From: Lepidodermella squamata
Lineage: Eukaryota; Animalia; Gastrotricha
NCBI GenBank assembly: GCA_047495785.1
Contig: JBLDXI010000001.1
Span: 3,100,001-3,164,000, forward strand
Direction of reading: 5' to 3'
DNA: 64,000 bases
Positions 1 to 11,800 of the stretch are shown piece by piece. The notes beneath the pieces were generated by a model, which had not been told where the DNA came from, did not search any database, and saw nothing but the letters and a program-made list of their open reading frames with translations. Every line of letters starts with the position of its first letter. Positions within the stretch are counted from its first letter, which is position 1. Position numbers and translations under genes: made by a program.

Positions 1-870
1 TATCATTCACTCGCTCCCGTTTCGCGTAGCATTCCGGGAACGCAGCAAAGTGTTCCAACACGCAGCATTCGTCCATGAAAACCTCGCGATGTTTCACAGA
101 CATGAGACGGTGAATGTTGACCTCTTTACAGTATTGGTTGAGAGGTAGGTGACGTAGTCGAGTTAAACTGGATGATGGCAGCGTAGTATTAACCCGGTTA
201 CTGAATAACTGTAGATGCAATCGTACCAGAGGAGCTAAAAACAGCGAGACGTTGACCCATTGATCCCACCTATTCCATGCATCACCAGACTCACTTCGTT
301 GAGTGTAAATTGCGATGAATCGCGAAGCGTGGTCGATTGTGGGCTAGCAGCATGTCTCAATCTCGCGAAAATCGACATGAAAATTATCACTGGCGTTATA
401 GGCGATCCTTGGGAACGCGTATGTTCGATCAATCAAATAGTACGATTCACGCACAGCAGTAACATCGAGAACAGAAGTGTTGAGCTGTTGCTGTTGTGCA
501 ATCGTATCAAGTCGGGTCGACTCATCAATCGGATTTTGAGTGCCACACACAGCGACATTGCTAGCGATGGAACTAGGGCGGAAAAGCGGTTGAGTAGGCA
601 CGAAGGGCGGCAGTGGTGAAAAGCGAGGTTGAGGAGATACGGTAGCATCACGCGGCGCAGTGGCAACTTTGCTAGTCGCAGTGGCACGAGTAGGCCCGGC
701 GGGTGTTCTATCATCAATAGCCTAATTTAATATATTATGAAATTGAGTGTAAAATGAGTGAATAAAAATATAAGCGAACCAGATGAGTAGTAGCTGCAGG
801 CGTGTGAAACACCTTCACATCATTGACGACAGAGTCGGATAAAACCGAGGCGCATTTTTCACGGGGAAAA

Positions 871-1190
871 CTTTTTTCATCCGACCAATGTCTTTTTTCA
901 TCCGACCAATGTCTTATTTCATCCGACAAACCAAAATGTGACTAAAACTTGCCGACTTGCTTTCTCATATTTTCAAAAAATTACTGTAAAAAAGTGACTA
1001 CTCGGATCACCACAAATCTTTCACCCTAAAATGTTGCCGGTTCAGGGTCCAAATTACGGCGCATAAAAGGTGTAAGCCCCTACGGAAAAATCGAACTCGG
1101 GAAATTCGAGAAAATCGATATTTTCATGTCGGATGATTTTAGTCACATTTTTGGTTGTCGGATGAAATAAGACATTGGTCGGATGAAAAG
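871..1190. mobile_element. MITE-like foldback with ~55 bp inverted arms and a short 21-bp tandem repeat
   Basis: ATCCGACCAATGTCTTATTTCATCCGACAAACCAAAATGTGACTAAAA (~900-947) recurs as a near reverse complement at ~1137-1184; CATCCGACCAATGTCTT is tandemly repeated at 878-927. Confidence 0.6.
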
Positions 1191-1490
1191 AGTCACACCC
1201 TTTTTCACTTTTTACTTTTTTACGGTGTGAACTTCTTCAGAAACATAGGTATGTCATCCCCTATCAAACGACATGTTTGCACAAAATTAAGCTGAAATCA
1301 AGACTTTTAGTATGAAAGAACCTTCTTAACCGCTTTGTTGTCTACTACTTACAAAAGCCATTGATTATTTTGCGTGTGATCAATTTTTTTCATTAGTTAT
1401 CGATCCGATGCTTACTCCATTCATCGTCTACTATCACGCACGCGATTAAAATCAATCTTAAAATATTCAAACCATTGAATTTGATCTTTA

Positions 1491-1679
1491 GGGTGTGTTT
1501 TTTTATTCACCCCGGAATTACGGGAAGCTCAGGTGTAGGCACAGGATGACAGATTTTTCGATGTAAATACCAGAGGTTTACGGGTAATAAAGTTCTCTGC
1601 ACAGCTCCAAATTTTCATTTCAAGATGAGCTTCAGAAGTGGGCGACCCGAAAATTCGGGGTGAATAATAAAACACACCC
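1491..1679. mobile_element. MITE with ~33 bp imperfect TIRs (GGGTGTGTT...AACACACCC)
   Basis: GGGTGTGTTTTTTTATTCACCCCGGAATTACGGG at 1491 pairs with CCCGAAAATTCGGGGTGAATAATAAAACACACCC ending at 1679; non-coding interior; no clean TSD. Confidence 0.7.
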
Positions 1680-2053
1680 AAACTGAGAGAAGCGCCTTTT
1701 CACTCTTTCACTTTGCTAAAATCATTCGCGTTGTTATGAATAATTTGTTTTCCACGCAAAATAAAAATAATCGAACAAATAATTGGTTTTATTTATCCAA
1801 TAAATTTAAAATGCTGGACAGGAATTCGCCTGACAATAATACTAATAATTTGCAACCCGTTGATAACAACCTGTGATAAGGTTCATTTTATCTTGCCTCG
1901 TTGCGGAAAAAATGCGCTTTTGACCGTTTATGACCGTATAGACTTACATTTCTACAGAAGTCTCTCAAATATACATAATCAGCTCGATGAAAATAAAGAT
2001 TGAACCCTTGAATTCGTCTCGCCCTATTTTCCAAGCTGTGGTGTGAATTTTAG

Positions 2054-3834
2054 ATGTTTAATATTTCAATGGATATTCTATCACTCGGCACAGCAAAATC
2101 GTATTTTCTCGCCATCGGCGGTTTATGGTTGGGTTTCAATGGAATTACTGCCGCCGCCCTATTGTGGCTAGGTCCCCTCGGCCTGAGCCAACTGATCGGC
2201 GACCATAATGAGCCAGACTACGAGGATCCATCTGGTTACGAAGCTGAAGATTCAAAAACCGACGATTCCAGCAATATTCGAATTTATTTCGTGAAAAAGC
2301 TCAGTTTATTCGGCCACTGTGCCATTTATGTCGAACGAGAGTCGGTGAATAGTGCCGGTGCCATTCGGCGGTACATGTACGAAACTAGGTCATGCGATGA
2401 CCAGGGCCACGGCGAAGAGGCCTTTCACCCAGTCAATGAATCGGTAAGTTGTTTTACTGTAAAAATTTAAAAATGTAAATTCAAGTCCACGTCTGAATTC
2501 GCCGCGTTGATAGAAGTTGATAGTTGATTGTGAAGGGTTCTACTTGCTTCATCACCCAAAAATCCAAGTCTAGAATAAGCTAATTCGCTCAAAAATGTAA
2601 TTTTGAGCAATCTATCCTATAGATGCAGCGCATTTTTTCACAGCAGATTATGGATTGGATAATTAGCTTTCGAGTGGTCAAAAAAGGAAATTATCATAAC
2701 CTGAAGGGAATCGAAGCCTCAAATGCCGTCCCGATGAAGTAAAAATGGGCCATTGTTTGGTTTCTTTTTAGTTGTCGATAACTTATGGGTCGGCTCCTAG
2801 CTTCGATTTCGCAGGAATTGAGACAAACGAGGTTTGAAAGGTTCATGAAACCGACAAATATTCCGAATTTGAGATCGAACGAGATGAACATAAGCAATTT
2901 GAATTGGCTTATTCCAACCATTTGAATCGCTCTTTCCAACTAAGTGAAGTGTAAGTTTTACGCAGTTTCAGTTCGCTATAATAGAGGCTTCATTGAAAAC
3001 ATAACGATTTCGTAAACAGCTTCGTCTGTTGCCAGTTTGCCACCGTATAGTCAGCGATCGGCAGTTTTTAGAGCTACAGCAATCGTTGCCTTGCCGAGTA
3101 TAAAACATAGAGCATAGGACCATATGTTTTAAAACCCAGTTGGGCGATTGTGGGTAAGAATCAACGGAGAGAAGAAGGTCTGTAGAATTGCCATTTGCTC
3201 GTTGATATAGGTGATTAGGTTTTCCAAAATCTGAGCAGACGAACCAGGGAGTGCCCCATTGCAAAGCCGCGTTGAAGCCTCTTCCTCGCTCAGTTTCTTT
3301 TCAGTAGCAGCATATCTTCAATATAATCTCCAGGTCAACTTCGCGAAGCTAGAGAAAATTAATTTTCTCGTTATGTAATATAACTATTATTTTTTGTTTT
3401 AAACCTCATTTTCTCCCTGTTTTATATAGGTCTTGAATCAATGGAAACCAGGAAGTGGTGACAAAATCCTTGTTGGATCTCTAACTCGTTACAGCTGGTC
3501 CAAGTTCCTTGAAAAGCTGCGAAAGCCACGCCTGTCCTGCTACTCGCTCGTCGACTGCAATTGCCGCAATTTTTCGCAGCTCGTTCTCGACGATTTGAAG
3601 CGCGAATTCCACGATTCGGCCGAGTGGAACGACTGGTCATCTGGAGCTCAGCTCATTGAGCAAACGCAGCGGAAAGAGGGCCGATTGAAATATATCATAT
3701 TTCCGGCTTTAATCGTTTTAAAATATCTCAGTCGGCCGGCGGAACAGATGCCGAGTTCGAAGAAAAAACGGTCGATTTTTTCGTTTCATACTCCGGTTGT
3801 TTTCCGGCGATCCGGGAAAATTTCCAAAGAATAA
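2054..3834 (+). CDS. Two-exon permuted papain-fold (PPPDE/DeSI- or LRAT-like) thiol enzyme, ~264 aa; exons 2054-2443 and 3430-3834
   Basis: A phase-0 intron (TCG|GTAAGT 2444 ... TATAG|GTC 3429) joins the two ORFs in frame. The His motif GHCAIYV precedes YSLVDCNCRNF, matching the H...YxLxxxNCxxF order of permuted NlpC/P60 enzymes. N-terminus is hydrophobic. Confidence 0.7.
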
Positions 3835-5811
3835 TTTATTGAGCTGAAGTGGATTTGTTTGCCTAAAGCTTTATGAATGAATTACGTGTCTGATTGCGTT
3901 TGAAAATAAAACATTTAAATTTATCATCGTCATATCTCTTTTTTAGTCGAAATCTTGTCTGGAATTTTGTCATGTCAATGCGGCGGAGAGAACAAAATGG
4001 GTAGGCCAGTGTATCGTTTTGCGCGTGCACTTACCTCCGCTGGGCTCGCGGGCATCGGCAGGAAGACCGAGCGCGAAGATCGATGATAGATGATAACAGG
4101 CGCGGAAATCGAGGCCCATACTATGGCCAAATTCAGTAGGTCCACATTGGACAGCCCAATTCCGGCGCCCCTAGTGCGGCGCGCGCGAGCGCTCAACATT
4201 AGCATTGGTTGCCGTTGTTTTCCGCCTTGTGCAGTGAAGCGAGAGCTGTTAAAATTCTTTAAATTTGCAGTGAAGTCGCATATACGGCCATGTTTTAGAG
4301 CGGGTAAAGTAGCGGGATAATAAGCAGTAAGCTGGTAGCTGGTGTCGGTTTCTTTGCGCCATCAAATCAGCAAATGACGTCATCAAATTATGAGCGAAGT
4401 TTCTATGTAGCCAATATACAAATTGGTAGTTGAAGCAAATTGAATAATGATTAACGATTCATCTTGCAAAATGCAAGATAATTCATTATGCATTATTATC
4501 AATTATCAAGTTTTGGTTATCAACACACATCTTCAAACTCAAACCACACGCTACGCCCCATAGAAATTCTGCAAAATATTTTTTCTCCCACAGATGAAAA
4601 ATGTCCTCATGAAAGGGCTAAAACTATCACTTTGACAGGCCAAAATGGGACGACTTTGGCATAAGCACATCTTTATAAGGTGCCTGGGCGAAAACCATGT
4701 AAGTAAATTACCGTTGGAAAGCTTTAGAAAAAGCATAACCGATGGTAAATTATGACATCGACTCGCCGAAAAAAAAATCTAAAAAGACATCGACTCGTTG
4801 CATAACCTGAGAGGATTAAAGCTGGTCAAGTTTCAGATGAAGTTCAATTTCAACGACGCTATGATGACTCGAAAGTTAAAGAGGTGCAATTAATATGAAA
4901 AACTTCTTCAATTTAAAGCAGAGCCCTTACTCCAGGATTCAGGCTACCTGAATGTAATGGCTCTTACAAATAAATAAATAAATAAATATTAATATATTTC
5001 CTAACGATAGGTACCCGTCTATGAGCATGCTTAAAACCGATTTCTTTGAGATTTTCAATTCCATTACATTTTTCTTATCTTCGCTTAATTGACCCCATTG
5101 ATTAGGTAACAGATCAGAAAATTTTTGCTACCGGTGTTTGTCGGCATGTTACGATAAAAAGCGTCCAGCTTCCGAAAACGCACCCGTTTTTATCCGTCAC
5201 GTGCACTAGACTTGGAGAGATAAAAATGAAGATCCCCGTTCAAAAAAGATATCCGCAAAAACCGCGCGTTACACTAGTGGTCACTTTCTTGGTAATTTTC
5301 TTATCAGATATCTGTCTCGCTCTGCTTCAAAGTCATACCGACTGAAACTGAGGCGTATAAATATTGCCACAAGTTTCTGGCATGTACGCAATTAACACCC
5401 ACGCTTTGATAATTGGTGCTTTTTCAAAAATAACTGGCGAGCTATGCGCACCCGGCTAATCATCACCATCGCTCTGGTCGCGCCTGCTTTTTTGTGTCAC
5501 CGAAATCGTTGCCGGTCGCGCGCGCTCGCATATCTAAGGCGTGAATTTTTATCGCAATACACGCACGCATAATAAATATATATATAGGTATATCGCTGAG
5601 ATAAAAAAAAATAGGCTTAGAACTTTTGGGCGGTATATCGCTTGTTTTTCGCCCGAGATATGCCCACCCGGCAACCTATTTCATGTACACTTATTCACAC
5701 GTAGGCGTCACGGCTCACGTATTATTATTTCGCGACTTTCGTAACTTTAATAAATCTGATCTTCTCTTCCCGAATTCCAGGATTTATTGTTTAAATTGAG
5801 ACCTGAGGAAA

Positions 5812-8800
5812 ATGGCAGCCACCGCACCGGCACCAGGCGTTGTTGCCGATGTGGATCACTTGTTTACGACTGTGAGAACAGCCGACATGCCGCAAGACTC
5901 GCCGCTGCCTATCTGCGCCTATGATAAATTCGTTCGCAGCACCGAACAGACCATCACTCCGATCAGGCTCGTCGGCTATGCTAACCAGGGCATTACGTTA
6001 TTCGACCGAAAACCTCCAAACGTAAATAAATGTTTATTTTTTTTTAAGGAGGTGTTTTTAAATTTTAATAATTGTTATTTTTAGGGAGTTTTGGAAGGCT
6101 GGCCGTGGAGTTTCGTGAGTGAAGTCGGCAGTTTCGCCCCGAACCATCCGACATTCAACAACATTTTAGCGGTGACGACGAAGGACGGCAGCAAACCAGC
6201 GCCTGAAGTGCACATTTTTCAAGTTGTTGGCCAGCCGGTAAGCAATTTAAACTAGGTCACACACACGTGTGCATCAGGTCACGTTTTTGTGCTTTTATAG
6301 GCCGATCAACTTGCGAATGTTATTAATGCCATGACGTATCAAGCTCGAGCTTCGTCTGTTAGTCAAGCCCCTCAAGTTGTGCCAGATCCTGTTCCGAGGC
6401 AGACGGTGGCCCAACAGCCGGACCCTGCGCCAAGGCCAACTGTGGTTCAGCCAGCCGAAGCTACGATTTTACCGCCGCCGCCACCACCTCCAGCCGCGAC
6501 AACCCAGCCTTTACTGGAATCTTTAACCCTCAACCAGACCATTAGCCCCCAGACGCGCGCGTCGAGTGGCCGGCGAACGGTTCGTCCAGTTAAAATTCGA
6601 ATTGAGCCAGAGATAGAAACGAGGATTTTCAACAAAACCCTCGACGAAATTGAATTTTTCGCCGACACGCGCCTGCCGCAGTACATGCAAGCCATCGGTG
6701 AGTTGGCGATCCTCGACCGACGCGCCTCAGAGCTTCGCGTGACTGTCGACAACAAAAAGGCGAAGAAAAAGGAGCGGAAAGACGCCAAGGAAGAACTTGA
6801 CCAAATCGAGGCGAGAAAAATTGTTCTGCGCCAATTTATCGAGGCTGTTATTCCGACGCCGGAGGTTTTCGCGCAAATCTTCCAGAAAATTCGCCTCGCC
6901 ATCATTCTGGTCGTCCGACTCAAGCCGTATTTGATGCGATCGCTGCCGCCAGAAACGCCACTGTCATCACTGGTCGACGGGTTAACCATTCGATTTCTGC
7001 TCATTTCAGCCGAGGCAAATCGCATGTACCCGCCGCCGTTCGGCGTCATTAATTCCATTAATCAGCCGCTATTCAACCGCGAAGATATCAAGTTTTTGAA
7101 CTCGGAGATTGAGAAAAAGGGCGCCGATGCTACTGCTTTCCTACAGCAGTTGAACCAATTTTGGCGGATTCCTGTGTAAGTTGCAATTTTCCGATTATTT
7201 TCCGTTAATTTTTGCCTGAATTTTAGCGAAGAATGGCCAGGGGAAATTCCGTTTTACAAACCAGTTTTCCCTCCAGATCCGCCGGTTGAACTTCGCTTTT
7301 TGAACCCTGAGGTTATCCGCCAATGGATTGCCGCTGCTGCCCAGAGGGAACAACAGGCTCTGGCAATTCAGTTAGTTTCAAAATGTTTGCAATTATAAAA
7401 TCAATGTTTTCCCCTATTTTAGAGCTCGCATGGAACCTGCTAATCAGGAAAGATTCCGGCAACAACTGATCGACGAGGGGAAACGTTTGGGAAAAGTCGT
7501 CGATCCGCGTCCAATTGATCGCAGCACTCAGCTTTCAGCCGAACTTGGCGAGTACCTGGAAATCAACGGCGAGGCAAGCGACGTCCTTTTCCGTGTTCGC
7601 AACGTCAATGGCGAGACTGGAAATGTCCCGAAAGTTGTTATTGAGGAGGAACTGCCGCCAGCTAGGGAGCCGTCTCTACCGGAAGAGCCAGAACTTGAGC
7701 CTTTGAACGAGCAGCAGAATGAGGCGTTCAAAGATCAACTGTTGAGGGAAGGGAAGCGTTATGGCGTCGCCATGAGGGATGCTGTGGAAGAGGGTGAGGG
7801 TGGTCTGAGGGTCCAGCCGGGTGAATTGTTGGAAATCATGCGAAATATCGGCACCGATGAGTTGCAGGTACGCAACGCCCGCGGCCGCATAGGAATTATC
7901 GAGGCTGCGGTAATTCATGAAGCAACGGATGATCTATCACCGGCTGGCAGTGTAGTAGGGCGGGGGAGCTGGCGACCGCAGCGGACGCGTACACCGTCGC
8001 CTCCTTCGGTTAAGGAGGAACCGATTCCAGTGTCGCGGAAGAGTAAGCGCATGACGCAGGCGGAGCCGCCGATCGACGTCGCGCAACAGGAAAATGAACA
8101 ACTTCGGCGACAGGTGGAACAGCTAGAGGAACAAGTTAGTTCAATGTAAGTTGAGCTATCTAAAAATTTGGTCTTAATTAACACAATATTTCCTGTTATC
8201 TAGGGGCCAGCCTTCACGACTCGAAGTGTAAGTCCTTTAACATTCGTCTTTGTTACTCTTGAAGTTTTGAAAATCCTACATTCATTACCGCCAAAAAACC
8301 TTGGCCTATCGAATCTCTAAGGTGGTTAAATAAAGACCTTTTGATTAGGGTACCGTTGGATAGCGTGGAGAAAAGGCAATCTGGAAATGGCCCATAATTT
8401 ACCTTTAAATAGTCATCGAAGTTCTTCCGAAAAATATAAATTTTCAAAAGGTTTCCCACATATTTACTCTCTATCTCATGTCCTGGAACTGGTTCACCAA
8501 AGTCACCCAATTTTGGCATGTTTGAGTGCCACACTGAACCCTAGTTAAGGCTGGTTTTTTATTTTAAGGCTGTCTATTTTGCGAGAACAAATTAACTTAT
8601 TTTTCAAGGGAATCCTGTTAACTTCGGATTTATTTTCCACCAAATTTCCAAGCAGTTCCAAGCTTTAAGTTTCCAAGCATAAAACGTTGGGATGAAAAGT
8701 TGGGAAATCTATTTTAAATCTTTACTTCCAGCAAAAGTGAAAAGTTGGAAAAAAATAAAATATTTTCCTTTATTTTTAGTCCGGTTCCGAAGGTTATAAT

Positions 8801-11800
8801 CGAGCCGGCCGTTATCCGAATGAACCCGACAACCCAGGATGCATTCAAGAGGAAGCTCGTGCAACACAACAGCCGCTACGGCATAGTAACTAACGCTCTG
8901 GCTGTCGACGCCACCGGCGAACGGGCGCCCGTGGTTCAAGGCGAAGTTGTCGAGCTGCTGTACGACGTTGGCGAATCGTCGATTCGTATCAAGAACTGCG
9001 ATGGTGAAGCTGCAACCATTCCAATCGCTGCTATTACCGAGGTTTCGCCGCCCCCTGCAGCGCGAGAGACAGTGTAGGAAACTCATAAAAAATCCATTTT
9101 TGCTATAAAATTGAGAATATCAATTCAATTCTAGTGACGCTTCGAAACAGCCCCCGAGAAAATCAAAAGCAAGGTGAGATTTTCTCAATTAATTTTTGAT
9201 TAATTAATTGTTAATTTTTAATTAATTAAATGTAAATTAATTAAAAAATAACATTTTTTAATTTATTTTTAAATCGATTTTTATTTTTCTTCAGTAAGCC
9301 TCGTAGCAGTGAAGCTCCAGTGGAGAAAGCTGAAGAGTAAGTCTAGCAATTGGATTAAATACCGGTTTTTACCACATTTTCTGATCGCCAGGCTTCAGCA
9401 GTCTGGCAAGGGCCCGTCTAAGACCCATCTCAATGAGCAAATTCAAGCCGCTTTCCGCGCCAAACTGCTAGATGAAGGCAGACGGTCCGGCGTTGCGACT
9501 AAAGCTCTTAAAGATGCCAACACTGGTCTATCGGTTGAGCCTGGCGAAACGGTTGAAATTCTCGAGGATATCGGCGAGGGTTACATTCGAGTTGCAAACT
9601 ACGACGATATTGCCGGCGTTGTCGAGCGTAAAGCAATTATTTTCTCATCGGGACAAACCATACGGTCGATTAATAATACTACGAAGAGGTTAGAAAATGA
9701 TAGCTGGGAAAATTCTGATTTTTTTTTAATAATTTTTTAGCATTCCAAGTGAGCTTGAACTCAAGAATCAACAGGAAAATGAGGAGTTGCGGCAGCAATT
9801 GGTTGAGCTTCAGGGCAAATTGCAGGCTCAGAGGGTCGCGGCTAGACGAGGCTCGCGATCTTTGTCTTCAAGGTTAGTTCTTCAATAAATAATTTCGATT
9901 TCAAAATGTAAAATTTTGTTAATTTTTAGCGACAATGACAAGAAAAAGAGTAAGAAAAGCTCGGCTCGTGCGTCAAAGGAAAATTTGATCGAACCTAGGC
10001 TGAGGTGAGACATAAAAATTATGATGAATTTTTTGAATTTTTGATGAAAATTGTAACAGCGCAAGCCGTCAAAATGCTCAGCCACCTTTACCTCCTGTAT
10101 CGGCCACTCCAAGGCCGAGGTAAATTAAATAAAAAAATATTTTTTGAATTTAAAATTGGTGTTAATTTTTCGAATTTTTAGCATGATTCCATTGACGCCT
10201 CAGCAATACCTGGATATCCTAATTCAACGTGGCGATAGGGCTGGGCGTGTTGTCGAACATTTCCGGAAGTCGCGTTCCAACGAACTCGACGTCAATCTGG
10301 GTGAAATTGTTCAAATTGTCAGCCAGACTGCGGATGGCTTGACTCGTGTCATCAACTCCGAAAATAAAGCTGGTTTCATCCCGACGAGAATTATTATCGA
10401 AATACCGACTACAGCTCCAGTTTCAGCGCCTCCTTCAACAAGGTAATAAATTCGAAATTTCAGGAAAAAATCGGAATTTTTATTTAATTTGTTTCTATAT
10501 TTAGGCGTCGCAAGTCTATTTCTCCTTCCTCATCACGCGAATCGTCTCGAGAAACGTAAGTTTTAAATTAATATAATATGATTATTACTTTAATTGGTTT
10601 TTTACGAAATTCAGGCAAAAAAGCCGCCGACGAGGGAAGGAAGAAACTCCGAGCGCTACTCAACCGTGAGTTAAATTTTCAGCGGTCTTTTTAAATCCCG
10701 CCAAAATCGGCCTTTACACTAACGAACCTTCTTTTGAAAAGCTATAATCAAAATTTGTTATAACAATCAGTAAATCTCGAATTTGGCCTGTAATTTTGAA
10801 AACCCTATTTTCTAATTAAATAACCGCGATTTGGCTACTTCAATATTCTGGGAAAACTTTCCTTATCATATCGATTCAAAATCTTAACTATTTAATCTAA
10901 AAAGATGGTTTAAGATGTCCCCACAGCGTGTCCCAAAAGTAACGCAAGCAAAGAAAATGCACAGAAAAGGGTTCAGAATGAGAGAAGTCTCATAGCCAGA
11001 AAAATTTTAGAAAAATTAAAAAAAAAATCACGAGAATAGCAATCTAGTAATTTGGTAATGGGATAAAAAGTCTAGAGAAATTTGGTCCAGCCGGGTAAAA
11101 TGTCGAAAATTACCGAACCAGTTACCATCAGGGTTTTCCAGGTTTTTTCAGTTAAATTTAAAAAAATTACAGTGAAACTCCGATTTCGCGTCCTTTTATT
11201 TTCCGTCTGACAATCCGGGTATGCAAAAGATAAGGGGGTGAAAAATCTTATTTTTCCCCGCAGCATCGAATTGCATGTAAATTGGCCTGGATTATCCGTC
11301 TTTTCGGATTTCCCGCGCGAATTTTCGGCCGGGCCATAAGATGACGCCAAATCGGGGTTTCACTGTAGTTCAAGTTCCTTCAATAAAAAAATTAAAAAAA
11401 TAAATGTGCGACTTCTGGGACACGCTGTTTAAATACCCTATCAAAGTGATCGACCCCCATCCCAAGACTTGCAAACTGGTAAATAATTTATTTTCAATCA
11501 TTTTTAGACGTGCTTTGGTTATCCCTGGCCAACGCAAGGATGAAATCTTAGCCCGAGGCAATCGTGCTGCAACGGTCATCCGCGCCTACCAAGCCGCTGA
11601 TTTCGACGATGTTACAGTCAGCGCCGGCGAAGTTGTCGAAATTTTGACAACCGCCAACGGCTTCGCCCGAGTCGTCACTGCCGAGTCGAAAGTCGGCTAC
11701 ATCCCCGAGTCGATTTTGCACGAAATCCGCACGAGCCGCCGCGCGCCCAGCTCGGAAACCGTCCCCGAATCGCCTGTTCGAAAATCGCCTGATGATGATC

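Noticed and set aside
1-720. Overlapping short ORFs on both strands in a GC-richer patch
   Set aside because: No recognisable motif and stops in all frames; may be a decayed element or gene cut by the window edge.
878-930. Short direct repeats as a CRISPR-like array
   Set aside because: Repeats are contiguous with no spacers, form one arm of a foldback, and the context is eukaryotic.
6447-7058. 203-aa minus-strand ORF
   Set aside because: Antisense shadow of the EPS8 exon. The same applies to antisense ORFs over the channel, flytrap and RT genes (e.g. 49791..50402, 61156..61656).
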